A stretch of DNA of 64,000 nucleotides from Longimicrobiales bacterium (GTDB taxonomy: Bacteria; Gemmatimonadota; Gemmatimonadetes; Longimicrobiales; RSA9), in assembly GCA_035461085.1 (NCBI GenBank), contig DATHVW010000018.1, positions 8,387 through 72,386 on the forward strand, read 5' to 3'. This document shows positions 9,201 to 18,204 of this stretch, piece by piece. A program made the translations under genes and the position numbers. Under the pieces are notes generated by a model that was not told the origin of the DNA, made no database searches, and was given only the letters and a program-made list of their open reading frames with translations. Each line of letters begins with the position of its first letter. Position 1 is the stretch's first letter.

Positions 9201-11816
9201 CTAGGCGCGCATTCCGGCGCTCCGTAACGGTGCAGTGTGGTCGGCCGCGGGCGCATGCACGTGATCGGCGGCGGGGAGCGTGAGTTTCAGTGTGGCGCCT
9301 CCTCCGGGATTGTTCCTGGCGGTGAGGGTACCGCGATGCTCGAGCATGATGGAACGGCATATGGACAGGCCCAGGCCGAGACCGCGTTCCTTGGATGTGA
9401 AGAACGGCTCGAAGATGCGATCGAGGCTGTCATCGGGGATGCCCGTGCCGTAATCGGTTAGTGTGAGCTCGACGGTCTGGCGATCGGGTGGACAGCGTGT
9501 GGTGAACGTCATGGCCCGGTTCTCCTGGGGATTGGCTCCCATCGCATCGCACGCGTTGATGCAGAGGTTCAGCAGCACCTGCTGGAGCTGGATGGAGTCA
9601 CCGTGCACGAGCGGGAGTCCGGGCGTGAGCCGGGTAGTGACCATAACCTCACGCGCCGTGAGCTCGCCGTGTGCCAGTCGCAGCGTTTCGATCACGGCAT
9701 TGTTGAGCGACAGATCGGAGAAGACTGGCCGCTGCTTCAGCATCAGGCCTCGCAGGCGCGAGAGCACGGCCCCCGCGCGCCGGTCGGCGTCAATGATGTC
9801 ATTGAGTATGTCATTGACACGCGGGTCCACCCCGGTGGTCGCGAGCAGACGACGTGCGGCCTGGGCATCGCTCAGGATGACAGTGAGGGGCTGACTCAGC
9901 TCGTGCGCGAGTGCACCCGACAGCTCACCGACGACGGCGACGCGACCCAGATGCGTGAGAGCGCGGCGCTGCTCGGTTGCCCGGACATCCGCGCGCCTGC
10001 GTTCGAGAGCGATCGCGGCGAGCTGCGTCGCGATATCGACGAGCTGTATCTCCCGCGCCGTGGGCTCACGCGGCTGGCCGTAGAACATCGCGAACGTACC
10101 CAGCACCCTGCCATGCTCGGAAATGATGGGCGTTGACCGGCAGCCGCGCAGTCGGTGCCGCAGCGCGTGGTCACGCACGCCGTTCCATAATGCGTCAGTG
10201 CTGATGTCCGCGGTGACGACAGGCGCGTGTTGATGCAGCGCCGCGCCGCCCGAGCCGCAGTCGTGCTGTATCTCGAGACGCTCTATCTCGCGCACGAACT
10301 GCTCCGGCAGGCTGGGTGCGGCGACGTATCTCACGTGTGTCCCATCGTCCATGACCAGCACGGCGCACGAGAGACCGAGCGACTCGGCCTCGATGAGATG
10401 CACGATTCTGATCAGCACCTGCTTGAGCGGTGCCCCCGTAGCGATCAGCTCGAGGATGCGGCTCGCGCCGGTGTTCAGGGCCTCGGCCATCCGCCGCGCG
10501 GTGATGTCCGCGCTCAGCCCGATCAGCCGGGTGGGACCGCCTGCGTCATCGCGCAGAACCCTGCCCATACTGTGGATCCACCTGATGTCGCCGAGCGGCT
10601 CGATGATGCGCAACTCCACATCGAGCGGAACACCGCTTCTGATCGACCAGGCGAGTGTCTGCGACACGCGCGCACGATCCGACGGGTGCACGCGACCCAT
10701 GAGCTGCTCGAGCGGGAGAACCTCGCGCCCGTTGTCGTGGTGTTCGTGGGAGGGCCGGTCGCGAGCGTCCGCCGGGGCACCGCCCTCCGGAATGGCTACG
10801 TCCCAGCAGGTCATCCGGGCCGCGTCGAGGGCGAGCCGCAGCTGCTCCCTGTGTCGCGTTTCCGCTGACTGCGCATCCTTCCGCTCTTCCAGCACCGCAG
10901 CCAGCGTCATCAGCGTCACGGCCATGATGCTGAAAAGGAGCTCGACCTGCAGCGCGTTCGCCTCCGGCGACTGCAGGATGAACGGACCCCTTCCGTGGAA
11001 TGCGCTCCACATCGCTATGACTGCTGCAGCGAGCACAGCGGTGCTGGATGCCAGCGGTCCGAAACGAACTACGGCCCAGAGCAGGAGCGGCAGCGGCGCA
11101 TACAGCAGCGCCTGGATCGCCTGCGGCCCCGGCACCTGGTTCCCGAACGCAAGCACGCTGACAGTCAGCAGTGCCACCGCCAGGACGCCACCTTCCAGGT
11201 ACCGCGCCGCCGGCGCTTCGCGGAGCGTTGCGGGGCGCACCGTCATCAGCCCGATGATCACGGGCACGACAGTCACCGCTCCGAGCACGTCGGAGAAGAA
11301 ATGTCGTCGCCACATCGTCGGGAAGCTGCTCGTTCCCCAGCCGTTCAGGTCCGTGACGGCCGCGCCGAACAGCGATGAGAGGAAGATCGCGAACACGGCG
11401 GCCGCGACGAATACCGTAACGTGTGCCAGACGATTCAGGCGGAGTCTCTCCGCCGTTCGGCGTCTGACGATGATGGCGGCGAGAACCGCCTGGATGGTGC
11501 TGCTCCCGAACCAGAGTACCGCAGGAGATGCAGCAACATTGCGCGGGAGCACGGCGAGCAGGTGGGCCGCGAACGCGGCAGTCAGCAGAAGCCACCAGTA
11601 TCGGGGGCTGGCGAGCAGCAGCGCCGCGAGCAGAAGAGCGCCGGGGAGCCAGAGCGCTGCAGGGCCCGGCGCGAAGGCGAGCTCGAAGCCGAGGACCGCG
11701 CCTGCATAGCAGGCGGCTCCGAGCAGAACTGCGGCGTACGCCGGGTGAACATCGGTTGCTCCGGCGCGGCGGATCATCGCGCCAGCCGACTCGAGCAGCC
11801 GGGGCACAATCGCCAT
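9201..11816 (-). CDS. Membrane sensor histidine kinase (MASE1-like N-terminus, PAS, GAF-like, HisKA, HATPase_c)
   Basis: The first ~300 aa are polytopic and hydrophobic. H-box LAHELSQPLTVI and ATPase motifs (LNLCINACDAM, DYGTGIP, GLGLGLSICRSIM) are present. The start at ATG 11816 (MAIVPRL) was chosen over ORF-track 11897. Confidence 0.87.
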   Translation of the reverse strand: MAIVPRLLESAGAMIRRAGATDVHPAYAAVLLGAACYAGAVLGFELAFAPGPAALWLPGALLLAALLLASPRYWWLLLTAAFAAHLLAVLPRNVAASPAVLWFGSSTIQAVLAAIIVRRRTAERLRLNRLAHVTVFVAAAVFAIFLSSLFGAAVTDLNGWGTSSFPTMWRRHFFSDVLGAVTVVPVIIGLMTVRPATLREAPAARYLEGGVLAVALLTVSVLAFGNQVPGPQAIQALLYAPLPLLLWAVVRFGPLASSTAVLAAAVIAMWSAFHGRGPFILQSPEANALQVELLFSIMAVTLMTLAAVLEERKDAQSAETRHREQLRLALDAARMTCWDVAIPEGGAPADARDRPSHEHHDNGREVLPLEQLMGRVHPSDRARVSQTLAWSIRSGVPLDVELRIIEPLGDIRWIHSMGRVLRDDAGGPTRLIGLSADITARRMAEALNTGASRILELIATGAPLKQVLIRIVHLIEAESLGLSCAVLVMDDGTHVRYVAAPSLPEQFVREIERLEIQHDCGSGGAALHQHAPVVTADISTDALWNGVRDHALRHRLRGCRSTPIISEHGRVLGTFAMFYGQPREPTAREIQLVDIATQLAAIALERRRADVRATEQRRALTHLGRVAVVGELSGALAHELSQPLTVILSDAQAARRLLATTGVDPRVNDILNDIIDADRRAGAVLSRLRGLMLKQRPVFSDLSLNNAVIETLRLAHGELTAREVMVTTRLTPGLPLVHGDSIQLQQVLLNLCINACDAMGANPQENRAMTFTTRCPPDRQTVELTLTDYGTGIPDDSLDRIFEPFFTSKERGLGLGLSICRSIMLEHRGTLTARNNPGGGATLKLTLPAADHVHAPAADHTAPLRSAGMRA

Positions 11817-12007
11817 GGCAGATCCCGATCGCTGGTCCGAGCGTTCCGGCAGCCACTGAACAATAACGACGCAGCGACGGGGGCGGCATAGGACCATGGG
11901 CCGAGCACGCGTCAGAGCGGTGCGGATTGCACGTCGGCGCTCATGGAGGCAGTTTGACTCGATCCGCTGCTGAACTCATGGGCCATTGCATGCATACGGA
12001 CGGTGTC

Positions 12008-13168
12008 ATGACTGTATCGAGAGCTTCCTGGTTGCCACTGCTACTCGCATCTGCCGCGTGTGCCGCCTCATCCGGCATCGGCCCGACGGCGCCGGCGCCC
12101 GGCGGTGCGGTTCAGGACGAGCCGGTGCGCAACATCATCCTGCTGATAGCCGATGGTGCGGGTGCCGGTATATGGACGGCTGCCGGCTACGAACAACCGG
12201 ACCTGGCCGTGAAGCGGATGCCGGTGGTCGGGCTCGTGGATACGCGCAGCGAGCACCACAAGGTGACGGACAGCGCTGCTGGAGCGACCGTGTACGCCAC
12301 CGGTCAGCGCGTGATGAACCGCACGATCGGAGTCGGCGGCACGTGCCCGCTGCCCTCCTCCCGCGATACCGTCGCGACGGCGTGGCCGGATGGGTGTGAG
12401 AGGCTCGAGAGCTGGTTCACGCTGGCGCGCGATGCAGGCAAGGCCACCGGGCTGGTCACGACGACGAGCGTGATCGATGCGACGCCGGCGTCGTTCATCG
12501 CGCACTCGCCGAGCCGGTACTGGCGCGATGCGATTGCAGTGCAGTTTGCCGATGCGCGTCTGGATGTTCTGCTCGGCGGGGGACGCCGCTACTTCAGCGG
12601 CGACTCACGTGCTGACGGCCGGGACCTGCTGGGACAGATGTGCGCGGGCGCGGACTGTGTTCGGACGGCGGCGGAGCTCGCGGGCTATCGGGCGGGGGAC
12701 CGGCCGCTCGTGGGTCTGTTCGCCCCCGGCGACTTCGATGACACGGAGCCGCGCCCCGTGGCGCTGCCGGCCATGGTGACCGCGGCGCTCGCCCGGCTCG
12801 CGCGTGATCCGGATGGGTTCGTGGCCGTTTTCGAGACGGAGGCCACGGATAACGCGACGCACGCCAACGCGCCGCTCGAGCGCGTGACGGCGGACATCCT
12901 CGAGTTCGACCGGGCGGTGGCCGTCGCGCTGGAGTTTGCGGACCGCACACCCGGCACGCTCGTGATCGCCACGTCGGATCACGAGACGGGTGGCTTCACA
13001 CTGGTGCAGACGGGCGCAGACTTCGTGCTGGAGTACACGACGGGCGGACATACGGCAGCGCTGGTGCCGCTCTTTGCTGCCGGCCCGCAGTCGGCGCGGT
13101 TCGGCGGCCTGCGGGACAACGTCGAAATCGGCCAGGCGCTGATGGAGATCGTGCGCGGCTGGCGCTGA
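12008..13168 (+). CDS. Alkaline phosphatase family protein (lipoprotein signal)
   Basis: Motifs IILLIADGAGAG, nucleophile region TDSAAGATVYATG and SDHETGG are present. The N-terminal signal ends in LLLASAA-C. Confidence 0.88.
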   Translation: MTVSRASWLPLLLASAACAASSGIGPTAPAPGGAVQDEPVRNIILLIADGAGAGIWTAAGYEQPDLAVKRMPVVGLVDTRSEHHKVTDSAAGATVYATGQRVMNRTIGVGGTCPLPSSRDTVATAWPDGCERLESWFTLARDAGKATGLVTTTSVIDATPASFIAHSPSRYWRDAIAVQFADARLDVLLGGGRRYFSGDSRADGRDLLGQMCAGADCVRTAAELAGYRAGDRPLVGLFAPGDFDDTEPRPVALPAMVTAALARLARDPDGFVAVFETEATDNATHANAPLERVTADILEFDRAVAVALEFADRTPGTLVIATSDHETGGFTLVQTGADFVLEYTTGGHTAALVPLFAAGPQSARFGGLRDNVEIGQALMEIVRGWR

Positions 13169-13207
13169 CTCGCGGGCGCAATCGCCCCGCCACTCGAAGA
13201 CGACAAC

Positions 13208-13234
13208 GGGCCCGCTCCGTGCTGGAGCGGGCCC
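13208..13234. terminator. Bidirectional terminator-like hairpin between convergent phosphatase and nuclease genes
   Basis: 11-bp perfect stem GGGCCCGCTCC / GGAGCGGGCCC with a 5-nt loop. It lies in the 79-bp convergent gap. Confidence 0.5.
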
Positions 13235-13247
13235 GTCGTGCATGGTA

Positions 13248-16133
13248 TCAGGAAATTGTGAGCGCCACTGCACGGGCCGCGTCGAGCATCGACTGTGCAA
13301 GGTCATCCTCCAGCCGGCGCGCCTTGCGGAGCGCATTCAGATGGTTGATGAACGCGTCGAGCTGGTTGACCGCCGCGGTGGGGTTGCCGCGCGCAATGCT
13401 TGCGGTCGCGGCGTCGAGCTTCGCGCCGAGCGATGTCGCTTCGCCCGGCGTCAGCGCGCCCGAGGCCACGACGCCGGCAAAGACGCCCGCCAGCTCATGC
13501 ATGCCGCTCTCGATGATGCGCTCCACGTCATCGGGGAGCAGCGCCAGCAGGTCATAGCCACTGGCAGCTTCGATCGCATCGATCGTCGTCAGGTAGTCCG
13601 TCCAGCTCACATCGCGAATGCCGGGTGTGTTCGGCATCAGCACAGCGATGACTTCGAGGTCCGACCAGTGCGACACGTCGTCGATACCCTGATCGCGCGG
13701 CAGTATGACCGCGACCTTCCAGACACTCTGCGGAATGACGATCCGTCCCTCGTCCTTCACCGTGCCGTTGCTGCCCGCGACGCCGCTGATGATGTAGATC
13801 TCACTGGTCCCGCTGCGTGCGCGGTCGCCGAGCGTGTTCTCGAGCGTCGCCCACGGCCCCTGGTTCATGTCAGCGGCCTGCGGAATGATGTTCGAGAAGT
13901 AGTAGGTGACGGCGTTATCGAGGCTGCCCGTGGTGCGGTCGGCGGAACGCACGAGGTGACCGCGGTCGATGCCGTAGCCGTGGTACGCGCCGGCGTTCGT
14001 GTAGTCTGATGTAGACAGGCTCGTGAACGACGCCGGCAGCTCCGGATCGTGGGTGAAGCAGTCGCAGCGGTCGGCACTGCCGAAGTGCGTCGCCTCGAGG
14101 TTGTAGCTCACCCAGTTGGGCGTGCCGCGCGTGTGATTGTACGACGCCGTGAACTGGTCGCGCCGGACAATGAAGTCGTCGGCCGGATCGGCGTCGCGCG
14201 GGTCGCCGAACTCCGTGTTGCCCTCGTACAGCGCGGTGTTGCCGGGAGTGGCAATGTGCGTCGCCAGGGCGTACGTGCGGGTGGTCCCGTTGGCGGCGGT
14301 TGCACGGATGCGGGCCGTTCCTGCGCCGAGGGCGCGCACCACGCCGAGTGCATCGACGCTTGCGAGAGCCGGTGTCTCCGAGGTCCACGTGAACGTCGTT
14401 TCCACGACTGCCCCGGACGCGTCACGCAGCGTCGCGAAGAGCTGGTCCTCGAAGCCGACAGGCAGCGGCGGGTCGCCGGCATTGCGACCGGCGAACGCGA
14501 TGGTCAATACGGCAGGCGGCGTGTCGCTCAGCATACCGTTCGCGGCACCGGGCGTGCCGTAGTCGCCATCGCCGAACTGCGCGGTGGCAAAGCCCCAGTT
14601 GGCGCCACCGGCATCGGCGTTGGCGAGTGATGCATCACGCACGCCGCGCGTGACACCGCGCGCAACAGCCGTCCATGCGACCGAGTCCGCGGTCACGCCC
14701 GCGCCATCGCGGAGCACGAGCCAGTCGCTGGTATCGAGCCAGATCGTCGATGATCCGCTGAAATAGTTGTAGTCGAGGTTCACACCGCCGTTGCGCGCGA
14801 CGTCCGCACCACGACCGAGCACCGCGTAGCCGCCCGCGGGCACCACGACACTCGCTGCAATGACGTGCGATGCCTGCCCGCCCGACGCGATGGTCCAGCC
14901 CTGCAGGTCCACGGCGGTCGTGCCGCGGTTGTGCACCTCGAACCATTCGCCCCAGCTCGCGCTTTCCGCGTTCGCAGGCTCGGCCATCAGCTCGTGGATC
15001 ACGATGTCACCGACAGCATCACCACCGCCCGGCGGAGTGCCGCCCGCGTTGCACGCGCCAAACGTCGCGGGGGCGGCCTGCCAGACGCCTGCGGCATCAC
15101 GCTGCAGCGAATGACCGACGGGAGACGTGGTCGGCTGCGAGACACCGATGTCGGTGGACGTCATGCCGTCCGCCGGACCGCCGACTGCGGTCAGCACACC
15201 CTCGTACGACAGGAGCTCGATGACATTGCCGGCAGCATCCACGAGCGCGACTGCGTCGGGACTCCCGTTCTGAATGCCATTGGACGGCCACGTGAGAACC
15301 ACCACGCCGCGTCCACCGCACATGCCGCTTATCGTCCCCGTGAGTGCGCGCGTGTCATACGGTGCACCGTTACTGCCGTTGTAGAGGACGACGCTCCAGC
15401 CGGTGAGGTCAGTGCCCGCGGTGCCTTCCACCTCGATGGCCTCGCCCGTGTCCGTGCCCGCATTGTCGTAGTGAAGCTCGACGAGCCGCGTGTCCGGCAG
15501 TGTCGGCGACGGAGGCGGGTCGGTGGGTGTCTCGTCATCCTCGTCGTTGCACGCACCGAACGTTGCAGCCGCCGGTCCGTTCCACGTGTCGAGGCCGGTC
15601 CGCTGCAGCGACTGGCCGACCAGTGTCGCCGAGCCCTCCGACGCGCCCATGACGATCGACGTCATGCCGGCGGCGGGACCGTCGGCCGCCACCATCTGGC
15701 CCTCGTAGGAAAGGAACTCGACGACGTTGCCGGCAGCGTCCACGAGAGCCAGGCCGTCGGGGGCGCCATTCTGAATGCCGTTGACGGGATAGTTCAGGAC
15801 GACGACGCCGCGCCCGGAGCACAGCGCAGGCACTGCCATGTCGAGCACGCGCGTATCGTAGGACAGGCCGTTCGAGCCATTGTAGAGAATGACGGACCAG
15901 CCGGTCAGGTCGGTACCCGCGGGCGCCGAGATCTCGATCGCCTCGCCGGTATCGGTGCCCTCGTTGTCATAATGGATCTCGCTGATGCGCACCGCCGGCA
16001 TGTGCACGGATGAGCGGACGGGCGTCACGGCGGTAGCGCCTTCGGGCGAAGGCTCGAAGAGCTGACGATCGGTGCACGAGCCGGTGATGACGACCAGCGC
16101 CAGAATCGCGGCGCCGCGAAGCGGGAAACGCAT
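13248..16133 (-). CDS. Secreted multi-domain DNA/RNA non-specific endonuclease (lamin-tail-like x3, Ig-like, NUC domain, helical tail)
   Basis: Lipobox VVITGS-C is present. Two tandem ~150-aa modules begin ISEIHYDNEGTDTGEAIE and LVELHYDNAGTDTGEAIE, as in ExeM/NucH-type nucleases. A third LTD-like module is present (IHELMAEP...WFEVHN). A Big_2-like segment follows. The endonuclease core carries NWVSYNL, DRGHLVRSADR and NIIPQ...NQGPW. Confidence 0.88.
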   Translation of the reverse strand: MRFPLRGAAILALVVITGSCTDRQLFEPSPEGATAVTPVRSSVHMPAVRISEIHYDNEGTDTGEAIEISAPAGTDLTGWSVILYNGSNGLSYDTRVLDMAVPALCSGRGVVVLNYPVNGIQNGAPDGLALVDAAGNVVEFLSYEGQMVAADGPAAGMTSIVMGASEGSATLVGQSLQRTGLDTWNGPAAATFGACNDEDDETPTDPPPSPTLPDTRLVELHYDNAGTDTGEAIEVEGTAGTDLTGWSVVLYNGSNGAPYDTRALTGTISGMCGGRGVVVLTWPSNGIQNGSPDAVALVDAAGNVIELLSYEGVLTAVGGPADGMTSTDIGVSQPTTSPVGHSLQRDAAGVWQAAPATFGACNAGGTPPGGGDAVGDIVIHELMAEPANAESASWGEWFEVHNRGTTAVDLQGWTIASGGQASHVIAASVVVPAGGYAVLGRGADVARNGGVNLDYNYFSGSSTIWLDTSDWLVLRDGAGVTADSVAWTAVARGVTRGVRDASLANADAGGANWGFATAQFGDGDYGTPGAANGMLSDTPPAVLTIAFAGRNAGDPPLPVGFEDQLFATLRDASGAVVETTFTWTSETPALASVDALGVVRALGAGTARIRATAANGTTRTYALATHIATPGNTALYEGNTEFGDPRDADPADDFIVRRDQFTASYNHTRGTPNWVSYNLEATHFGSADRCDCFTHDPELPASFTSLSTSDYTNAGAYHGYGIDRGHLVRSADRTTGSLDNAVTYYFSNIIPQAADMNQGPWATLENTLGDRARSGTSEIYIISGVAGSNGTVKDEGRIVIPQSVWKVAVILPRDQGIDDVSHWSDLEVIAVLMPNTPGIRDVSWTDYLTTIDAIEAASGYDLLALLPDDVERIIESGMHELAGVFAGVVASGALTPGEATSLGAKLDAATASIARGNPTAAVNQLDAFINHLNALRKARRLEDDLAQSMLDAARAVALTIS

Positions 16134-16339
16134 GAGAACCTGCAGGGGTGAGGTGTAAATCCGGTCCGCGGGAAGCGGCTCCGTGGAAAACATTATCGGA
16201 GTTCAACGTGACGCGGATCGGGCGCCGCGTCAAACCCGCCTGCGCTGTCAGCCGTATCGGGCGGGTAACAGTCTGTCTGGTGCGATTCTCGCAGCGCCGC
16301 CGGCAGCAACTTCAACCACACAGATCACCGGAGCGAAGC

Positions 16340-17392
16340 ATGCGGGCATACCTGTTGGTGGGCGCCCTGGCCCTGACGACCGCGGCGTGCGATGCGTTTC
16401 CACGCGCCGGCGGGGAACGCGAAGCCGAGCCGAATCTGGTTCTGAACCTGAATGTGGCGAACATCCTGGACTGGGGCAGCGTGAGCGAGGTCCAGCTGAC
16501 GCTGAGCAACCAGGGAAATGCGACGGGCCGCAGCGCACATGTGGAGCTCTACGTTCCGTCATGGCTCGAGTTCACCTCCGTCGAACCGGAGGGCACCGAG
16601 GTGTCGGTCCTGCAATCCGGTGGGGAGACCCGCCTGGTCTACCGGCTCGGCGTGCCCGCGCTGCAGCCGGGAGAATCGCGCACCGTCGTCCAGCGCGTCC
16701 GCGTGCCGCCCCGCACCGGAGCGGTAGAGTCCGTACCGGCGCGGGCGGACAGCGCGGCCGGAGTCCCCGCGCAGGCCACTGTCGCCGTACCACGCGACCG
16801 GACGCTGCGCGCCCGGCTCGTGTCGCCCGAGGGTGACGCTCTCGGATCGGAAATGAGCACCACCATGCAGTTTGCGGGCGCCGACAACCGCGCGGCCGCA
16901 CCACCCGCCCAGGGCGCGGCTGACGCTGCTGCAAATACCCGGGTGTCCCGCGATGGCGTGGGCCCGGTGCGGCTCGGGCAGACCGTCGCAGAGCTGCGGC
17001 AGGCGGTTCCGGGTGCGCGGGATACGACGTTCACCATCGGCGAAGGCGAGCAGGAGCGCGGCCTGGCCGTACCCCTCGCGGCCGGCCGGCTCGTCCTGGC
17101 GCTCATCGTGAACGACCGGGTCGATCGCGTCATCGTGCGCGACCGCGGCGTGCAGACGGAGCGGGGCCTCGGAGTGGGATCGACCTTCCAGCAGCTGACC
17201 CAGGCATATGGCAGGCCGTGTGTGGCGCCGGGTGCGGGCGGGGGTACGGCCGTCTGGTTCCCGGCAGCTCCCGGTATCAGCTTCGGGTTCGACGTGACAC
17301 CGCCCGTGAGCCAGGACAGCGCGGCAGCCGGTCTGCCGGCGACAGCGCAGGTGAGGGAGCTCTGGGTGCGACGCGGGGTGGACACCTGCTGA
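16340..17392 (+). CDS. Hypothetical lipoprotein
   Basis: ATG 16340 is preceded by GGAG. The signal ends in lipobox ALTTAA-C. No catalytic motif was recognised. Confidence 0.6.
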   Translation: MRAYLLVGALALTTAACDAFPRAGGEREAEPNLVLNLNVANILDWGSVSEVQLTLSNQGNATGRSAHVELYVPSWLEFTSVEPEGTEVSVLQSGGETRLVYRLGVPALQPGESRTVVQRVRVPPRTGAVESVPARADSAAGVPAQATVAVPRDRTLRARLVSPEGDALGSEMSTTMQFAGADNRAAAPPAQGAADAAANTRVSRDGVGPVRLGQTVAELRQAVPGARDTTFTIGEGEQERGLAVPLAAGRLVLALIVNDRVDRVIVRDRGVQTERGLGVGSTFQQLTQAYGRPCVAPGAGGGTAVWFPAAPGISFGFDVTPPVSQDSAAAGLPATAQVRELWVRRGVDTC

Positions 17393-17426
17393 TCGGGCGC
17401 CGGGGCACCGGGGGCGGGAACGATTC

Positions 17427-17545
17427 TTTTCACCACAGAGCACACTGAGCACACCGAGGGGCCGTGTGGCGAGCATACGATTCGCGGCACGGCCCGCTCC
17501 TTTTTCTGGTTGTGCTCCGGGGAGCTTCGAGTGCTCTGTGGTGAG
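17427..17545. repeat. Palindromic intergenic element, copy 1 (TCACCACAGAGCAC family)
   Basis: The left arm TTTTCACCACAGAGCACACTGAGCACACCGAGGGG (17427-17461) is ~31/33 identical to the left arm at 60966-61001. A shorter inverted partner CGAGTGCTCTGTGGTGAG lies at 17528-17545. Confidence 0.7.
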
Positions 17546-17571
17546 ACAGATCCGTTCGCTGTGGGCGGATC

Positions 17572-17600
17572 TTGACATCATGTGTTACAACACATACATT
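17572..17600 (+). promoter_or_regulatory. Sigma70-like promoter with embedded palindromic operator for the MarR gene
   Basis: TTGACA (17572-17577), a 17-nt spacer, then TACATT (17595-17600). The spacer contains the palindrome ATGTGTT-AC-AACACAT (17580-17595). The ATG at 17608 lies 8 nt after the -10 element. Confidence 0.6.
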
Positions 17601-17607
17601 GACAGAC

Positions 17608-18075
17608 ATGAGTCCTCAACTTCGCGACGAGATCAAGCAGACGCGGCCCTTCGCGAGCCTGGAACAGGAGGCGTACCTGAGCGTCGGGCGGACCTGGGCG
17701 GTGCTGGAGCATGCACTGGCGGAGGCGTTGAAGCCCCATGACATCACGCCGACGCAGTACAACGTGCTGCGCATTCTCCGCGGGGCCGGGGAGAAGGGGC
17801 TGTGCCGGAGCGAGGTGATGGAGCGGATGATCGCACGGGTACCGGATGCGACCCGGCTGCTGGACCGCATGGAGGCGGTTGGACTGATCGCGCGGGAGCG
17901 GAGCCGGGAGGACCGCCGCTACGTCACCACGCGGATCACGGATGAGGGACTGCGGCTGCTGGCCGAGCTGGACGGACGCGTCGTCGAGATGCACCGGCAG
18001 CAGTTCGCGGCACTGGACGAGCAGGGTCAGCGCGCGCTCATCGAGCTGCTGGGGCTCGTCCGGGGAGCGGTGTAA
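17608..18075 (+). CDS. MarR family transcriptional regulator
   Basis: Winged-helix region ITPTQYNVLRILRGAGEKGLCRSEVMERM...LLDRMEAVGLIARERSREDRRYVTTRITDEGL is present. Size is ~155 aa. Confidence 0.88.
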   Translation: MSPQLRDEIKQTRPFASLEQEAYLSVGRTWAVLEHALAEALKPHDITPTQYNVLRILRGAGEKGLCRSEVMERMIARVPDATRLLDRMEAVGLIARERSREDRRYVTTRITDEGLRLLAELDGRVVEMHRQQFAALDEQGQRALIELLGLVRGAV

Positions 18076-18092
18076 TTTTTTTCGGCATATAT

Positions 18093-18104
18093 GTGTTGCA
18101 ACAC
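18093..18104. promoter_or_regulatory. Second MarR-type operator half-site pair upstream of the DoxX gene
   Basis: Perfect 12-bp palindrome GTGTTGCAACAC. It shares the TGTGTT/AACAC half-sites with the operator at 17580-17595 and sits in an AT-richer patch. Confidence 0.5.
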
Positions 18105-18204
18105 GAAGTGAGTACACATGCAACAGCCTCCGGTCAAGGCCGGGCGAAGAGACGTACCCGAACGCGTGACTGACACGCACCACCAGACATCAGGAGCAGA
18201 TCAC

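Noticed and set aside
10351-11889. 452-aa (+) and 447-aa (-) ORFs overlapping the MASE1-type kinase gene
   Set aside because: These are shadow frames of a gene with clear TM, H-box and ATPase motifs. No RBS or recognisable domains were seen.
14865-16013. 382-aa plus-strand ORF opposite the nuclease gene
   Set aside because: It is antisense to conserved LTD-like modules and Arg-rich, with no independent support.
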